Source: Macrostomum hystrix (Eukaryota > Animalia > Platyhelminthes). Taken from it: 64,000 bases of DNA. The translations under genes and the position numbers were made by a program. The DNA lies in the NCBI GenBank assembly GCA_950097015.1, contig CATNEN010000038.1, positions 9,672,001-9,736,000 on the forward strand. Direction: 5' to 3'. Within the stretch, counting starts at the first letter, position 1; the number at the start of each line of letters is the position of its first letter. The notes under the pieces were generated by a model. That model made no database searches, had not been told where the DNA came from, and was given only the letters and a program-made list of their open reading frames with translations. Shown here piece after piece: positions 59,001 to 64,000 of the stretch.

Positions 59001-60318
59001 CGAAACCATTCTACCCCTCGACACCATTCTACCCCTCGACACCATTCTACCCCTCCTTATACCATTTTACCCCTCGACACCATTCTACCCCTCGACACCA
59101 TTCTACCCCTCGACACCATTCTACCTCTCGACACCATTCTACCCCTCGACACCATTCTACCCCTCGATACCATTCTACCCCTCGACACCATTCTACCCCT
59201 CGATACCATTCTACCCCTCGACACCATTCTACCTCTCGACACCATTCTACCCCTCGACACCATTCTACCTCTCGATACCATTCTACCCCTCGACACCATT
59301 CTACCCCTCGACACCATTCTACCCCTCCTGACACCATTCTACCCCTCGACACCATTCTACCCCTCGACACCATTCTACCCCTCGACACCATTCTACCTCT
59401 CGACACCATTCTACCCCTCGACACCATTCTACCCCTCCTGACACCATTCTACCCCTCGACACCATTCTACCCCTCGACACCATTCTACCCCTCCTGACAC
59501 CATTCTACCCCTCGACACCATTCTACCCCTCGACACCATTCTACCTCTCGACACCATTCTACCCCTCGACACCATTCTACCCCTCGATACCATTCTACCC
59601 CTCGACACCATTCTACCTCTCGACACCATTCTACCCCTCGACACCATTCTACCCCTCCTGACACCATTCTACCCCTCGACACCATTCTACCCCTCGACAC
59701 CATTCTACCCCTCCTGACACCATTCTACCCCTCGACACCATTCTACCCCTCGACACCATTCTACCCCTCGACACCATTCTACCCCTCGACACCATTCTAC
59801 CCCTCGACACCATTCTACCTCTCGACACCATTCTACCCCTCGACACCATTCTACCCCTCGACACCATTCTACCTCTCGACACCATTCTACCCCTCGACAC
59901 TATTCTACCCCTCGACACCATTCTACCCCTCGACACCATTCTACCCCTCCTGACACCATTCTACCCCTCGACACCATTCTACCCCTCGACACCATTCTAC
60001 CCCTCCTGACACCATTCTACCCCTCGACACCATTCTACCCCTCGACACCATTCTACCCCTCCTTATACCATTCTACCCTCCAGACACCATTCTACCCCTC
60101 CTGACACCATTCTACCCCTACTGACACCATTCTACCCCTCCTGACACCATTCTACTCCTCCTGACACCCTAACCTGGCTGTCTAGTAGATGTAGAACTCT
60201 TCGCACTCACCTGTTTAGACTGAGCAGTCGGGACAGCGTTGGCATGCGGCTTTACGATTGGATTCAATTTGAGAAGGTTCTCAATATCCGGAGAGTGCTT
60301 GCTCAATAGGTCCGACAT
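47094..60318 (-). CDS. DPYD: Dihydropyrimidine dehydrogenase [NADP(+)], 5 exons, ~1040 aa
   Basis: Exons 60318-60211, 58016-55662, 52983-52893, 48104-47743 and 47300-47094, GT-AG and phase consistent. Motifs [29 protein letters not shown], catalytic [26 protein letters not shown] and [12 protein letters not shown]. Confidence 0.97.
47370..47690. repeat. 30-bp minisatellite (CTCAGAATGAGTCAAGTAGCTCAAATAGTG), DPYD intron 4
   Basis: Tandem copies directly visible. Confidence 0.9.
48270..48340 (-). mobile_element. SINE head/CORE fragment
   Basis: Minus strand GAGTTCGAATCTCAGTCCGGAACGAATTGTGCCCTCGTGAACACGCTTAC is a B box followed by a CORE-like start; short and diverged. Confidence 0.4.
48825..52335. 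repeat. 3.5-kb 21-bp satellite (GACTCAGGATTGACTCAATGA) with higher-order structure, DPYD intron 3
   Basis: About 165 units, with a recurring variant GACTAAGTACGAGTAAGACTCAGG. Confidence 0.96.
53062..53710. repeat. Purine-rich (GA) low-complexity tract, DPYD intron 2
   Basis: Almost exclusively A/G on the plus strand. Confidence 0.92.
58068..58260. repeat. 21-bp minisatellite (TTTGTCTCCTGTCTTTATCCA), DPYD intron 1
   Basis: Tandem copies directly visible. Confidence 0.88.
58810..60170. repeat. 18/20-bp minisatellite (CGACACCATTCTACCCCT), DPYD intron 1
   Basis: About 73 copies, starting ~40 nt from the exon 1 donor. Confidence 0.95.
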
Positions 60319-60939
60319 GTCTTTTTTCTTCTTTTGTTATTAGCTAGCTAATTTCCTCACTTTCTTGGCTGGTGTATTTCCTAGAAAACAGTGTCGGGTC
60401 AGGTGACCCAGCCAAGGGGTGCAGGTGTGTTATTATATACCTATCCGCAGAAGTGCTGATAAGGCAAAGTGAGAGGGCCCTAGACAAGTTGGCGCGGCAC
60501 TGGCCTTGCGCTGTGCAGATAATGCTACAAATTCAAGGTCGATATCGCACACAGCACACAACTCAGCTGAGTTTTTAAAACTGTACAAACGCTTGGTTAG
60601 AGGCTAGCGTTTCAGAGGACTAGTTTATTGCGCAGGCCAGGAGAATGCTGATTAGCGAACGGAGGATGGGGTGGTCGACACGGGTGGCCGCTGGCCCCTC
60701 TGCCTAGATTTTGCGCTCACAGATATGTGAATGTTTCCTTACACTCTCCTAACTTTCAGTATGTCAGAATGAAACGATCCAAAAATGGTCGATCAGACAG
60801 TTTGCTTAATGTTTGTTTGTTTGTTTGCTTGCTTTTTGTTTGTTTTTTGGTTTTTTGTTAGTTTGTTTATTTTTTGTTTGTTTAAAGTTTGTTTGGTTGT
60901 TTGTTTTTAGTTAGTTCAACTTTTGTTTACCCGACTCTC

Positions 60940-61275
60940 GGATTATCTACCTGGCTGTCTGATTATCTACCTGACTGTCTGATTATCTACCTGACTGTGT
61001 GATTATCTACCTGACTGTGTGATTATCTACCTGACTGTCTAACCATCTACCATACTGTCTGATTATCTACCTGACTGTCTAACCATCTACCATACTGTCT
61101 GATTATCTACCTGACTGTCTAACCATCTACCATACTGTCTGATTATCTACCTGACTGTCTAACCACCTACCAGACTGTCTGATTATCTACCTGACTGTCT
61201 AACCATCTACCAGACTGTCTGATTATCTACCTGACTGTCTAACTATCTACCAGACTGTCTGATTGTCTACCTGAC
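60940..61275. repeat. 20-bp minisatellite (GATTATCTACCTGACTGTCT), partly a 40-bp dimer
   Basis: Tandem copies directly visible. Confidence 0.9.
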
Positions 61276-62089
61276 CCATTCCTCTATTCCAATAAATCAG
61301 TCTTAACCTCAAATCTAAAATGTTTTCCAAGCGTTCCGCTTCAAAATATACTCTGGCCTGCTTCCCTGGCCCTCCTGCAATCTTCTAATTCCATCGCTGG
61401 ACGGGAAAAATTCCCCCGGGTAGTGCAATCCGGTTCGCCACACTCCAGTGCGCCCCAGCGGAATCCGCGTCCATGCCATTGCCGACCTCGGAAGACAAAA
61501 ACCTTCGAAGATAAAGAAGTCCAGCTCAGGGAGGGGATTTCTGTTTGACAGGCCTCAGCGATTCATAGAGCACAGAACGGCAAGGGCAGGCGGGTCATTG
61601 CGGGGGGTGGCTGTTCGGGCCGAATTTATTGAAATTATCAATCAGCCAGAAAAGTTGATTGAAAGTTGCGCGCCAAGTCAGGGCTGGGGCAGGTTTTCTT
61701 TATAAGCAGAGAAGATGAAGAGCGACGTCTTTGGAAAATGCCAGAAATCGCAATTCACGCCAGAAAACTAGCGGCCCGTTCTCTTCCTCTCCTTTATTTC
61801 CCACCTCTCGTCCGCTCGCTCCACTTCCATTTTCCCGTCAGCTTGATCGATTTTCTCGTCGCGTAGACGGCGGGGCAGGCCTGCAAGCCGACCCGCCGAC
61901 TCAGTCAAACACTGGCACTAAGAGCAGCAGCAGCAGCAGCATAGGTGAGAAGGAACAGGATGGGCTATCATAGCTCAGCTATAAATGAATTCTCGGCTGC
62001 TTGGGAACTAAAACTCCGTTATTATTTTTTCGCTAAGAACTTTTCGTTCAGATGAATCTCTAGCTGAGTTTTCATTGTTTGGATGTCCC

Positions 62090-62790
62090 TGGGTTCGAGA
62101 GAGCACCAACTGGGATTTAAGAGAGCGCCAACTGGGATTCGGGAGAGCGCCAACTGGGATTCGGGAGAGTGCCAACTGGGATTTAAGAGAGCGCCAACTG
62201 GGATTCGGGAGAGCGCCAACTGGGATTTAAGGGAGCGCCAACTGGGATTCGGGAGAGCGCCAACTGGGATTTAAGAGAGCGCCAACTGGGATTTGGGAGA
62301 GCGCCAACTGGGATTTGGGAGAGCGCCAACTGGGATTTTAGGGAGTGCCGATTAGGATTCGGGAGAGCGCCAACTGGGATTTGGGAGAGCGCCGATTAGG
62401 ATTCGGGAGAGCGCCGATTAGGATTCGGGAGAGCGCCGATTAGGATTCGGGAGAGCGCCGATTAGGATTCGGGAGAGCGCCAACTGGGATTTAAGGGAGT
62501 GCCGATTAGGATTCGGGAGAGCGCCAACTGGGATTTGGGAGAGCGCCGATTAGGATTCGAGAGAGCGCCAACTGGGATTTGGGAGAGCGCCAACTGGGAT
62601 TCGGGAGAGCGCCAACTGGGATTTGGGAGAGCGCCGATTAGGATTCGGGAGAGCGCCGATTAGGATTCGGGAGAGCGCCGATTAGGATTCGGGAGAGCGC
62701 CGATTAGGATTCGGGAGAGCGCCGATTAGGATTCGGGGGAGCGCCAACTGGGATTCGGGAGAGCGCCAACTGGGATTTGGGAGAGCGCTA
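62090..62790. repeat. 22-bp minisatellite (GAGAGCGCCAACTGGGATTCGG)
   Basis: Tandem copies with two alternating variants (CAACTGG / CGATTAG). Confidence 0.92.
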
Positions 62791-63436
62791 CTTTCTGTTA
62801 TTGTCCTAGAAAGTATACTCTAAAAAGTATATTATTGTCTGTTTGAAAAGGAACTTCCTATTGAATTGAATAACAATAGAGTCCAGCAGGCAATTCACAC
62901 GAGTACGCCTGCATATGGAAAGCATTTGAATGAAATCGAACAGTTGTGAACGCGGACCTCCGGGCCCGGCCGGGTACTTTTCTCGCCCCTGTCCGGGAGG
63001 GCCGTCAGTCATGCCCGAGTATTTGGGTGGAGCTCAGGACGGACTAGCAGCTCAGCTTACTGTGCTTACTTAGACTGCCGGATTTGCAATGCGGGCTCGA
63101 GACCGCATGCACCTGGGCTGCCCCTCTCTGTTCTGTGTTCTCTGTTCTCCTGTTCTTTAAAAATGTCCCCCGCCAACTCTTCTTTCCCAGCGACGTCTGC
63201 TCCCCCCGCCTTCTCTCGTTCATCCCCTGCGCCAGCCCCCCCCGCCGCCCCAGCTGGTCCAGAACCGGCAGGACCAATCACAGGCCGCCGGCTAAATTGG
63301 ATCTCAGCAGATCATATAAGAATGGATGGAAATTGAGGCGAGACCTGAGCAAACTGAGGCCAGGTCTGGGGCAGAAAGCTATCAGACTCAGCTGGAAATC
63401 TGTCAACGTCTCTTCCCTGCCCACCTTCCAGTCCGC

Positions 63437-64000
63437 ATGGCTTCTTCAACTACCGGGCCGGCAATCGAGTTGAACGTCGGCGGCCGGATCTTTGCCACCA
63501 CGCTGGACACGCTGCGAGCAGAGCCAGACAGTCGCCTCGCCGAATGGTTCAGCGACCCGGCCAAGCATCTGGCCATTGACACCCACGGCAGACATTTTAT
63601 CGATCGCGACGGAGACGCCTTCGCCCAGCTGCTCAACTGTCTGCGCGACGGCGGCGACAGCGGCGCCTTCGTGGCTTCATTGGCTCCAGGCTGCAGCCGC
63701 TCGCGCCTGCGCACCGAGGCCAGCTTCTACGGCCTCAAGGGAGTCCTGGCGGCCTTGGACCGCGGCTGCCCGCAGCCGGGGGCTGACCCCGGCCCGGCCT
63801 CCGCCTGCATCACCGTCGGCTACCGCGGCACCTTCGCCTTCGGCCGTGACGGCTTGGCTGATGTCAAGTTTCGCAAGCTGACGCGCATCCTTGTGGCAGG
63901 CCGAATCTCGCTCTGTCGCCAGGTGTTCGGCGACACCCTGAATGAAAGCCGCGACCCGGACCGAGGCGAAGACGACCGGTACACTAGCCGGTTCTTCCTG
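63437..64000 (+). CDS. BTB/POZ (T1) domain protein of the KCTD8/12/16 family, 5' part (runs off window)
   Basis: ATG at 63437. Translation MASSTTGPAIELNVGGRIFATTLDTL..DSRLAEWF..FIDRDGDAF..LRD..EASFYGL, then the H1 domain ITVGYRGTFAFGRDGLADVKFRKLTRILVAG..VFGDTLNESRDPDR..RYTSRFFL. Confidence 0.9.
   Translation, partial: MASSTTGPAIELNVGGRIFATTLDTLRAEPDSRLAEWFSDPAKHLAIDTHGRHFIDRDGDAFAQLLNCLRDGGDSGAFVASLAPGCSRSRLRTEASFYGLKGVLAALDRGCPQPGADPGPASACITVGYRGTFAFGRDGLADVKFRKLTRILVAGRISLCRQVFGDTLNESRDPDRGEDDRYTSRFFL

Noticed and set aside
4110-62790. Regular 18-54-bp repeats as CRISPR arrays
   Set aside because: The units are head-to-tail without unique spacers, there are no cas genes, and the context is eukaryotic and largely intronic.

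Overview
Eukaryotic (animal) genomic DNA, not prokaryotic: GC-rich spliced exons are separated by introns and spacers packed with minisatellites. The style resembles the flatworm Macrostomum, but that is an inference. Five genes were reconstructed by reading GT-AG junctions and frames: the 3' end of a FYVE-domain gene (+), a 15-exon PSME4/PA200 proteasome activator (-, ~1983 aa, ends YYA), a 3-exon TMEM86 lysoplasmalogenase (-), a 6-exon RSF1-like PHD chromatin factor (+) and a 5-exon DPYD (-, ~1040 aa). The window also holds two tRNA-Glu genes (-) and the 5' part of a KCTD8/12/16-type BTB gene (+). Most large introns carry their own private tandem repeat, often abutting a splice site. Mobile DNA includes three tRNA-derived SINE families (one with a MIR-type CORE domain), a 14-bp-TIR MITE in two copies, and a 9-bp-TSD foldback element containing hAT and Helitron fragments. 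It also includes a family of TIR elements with 6-bp TSDs; two of these are stacked on the same TCCTAA target and one carries a PHD-finger ORF. No CRISPR array is present.
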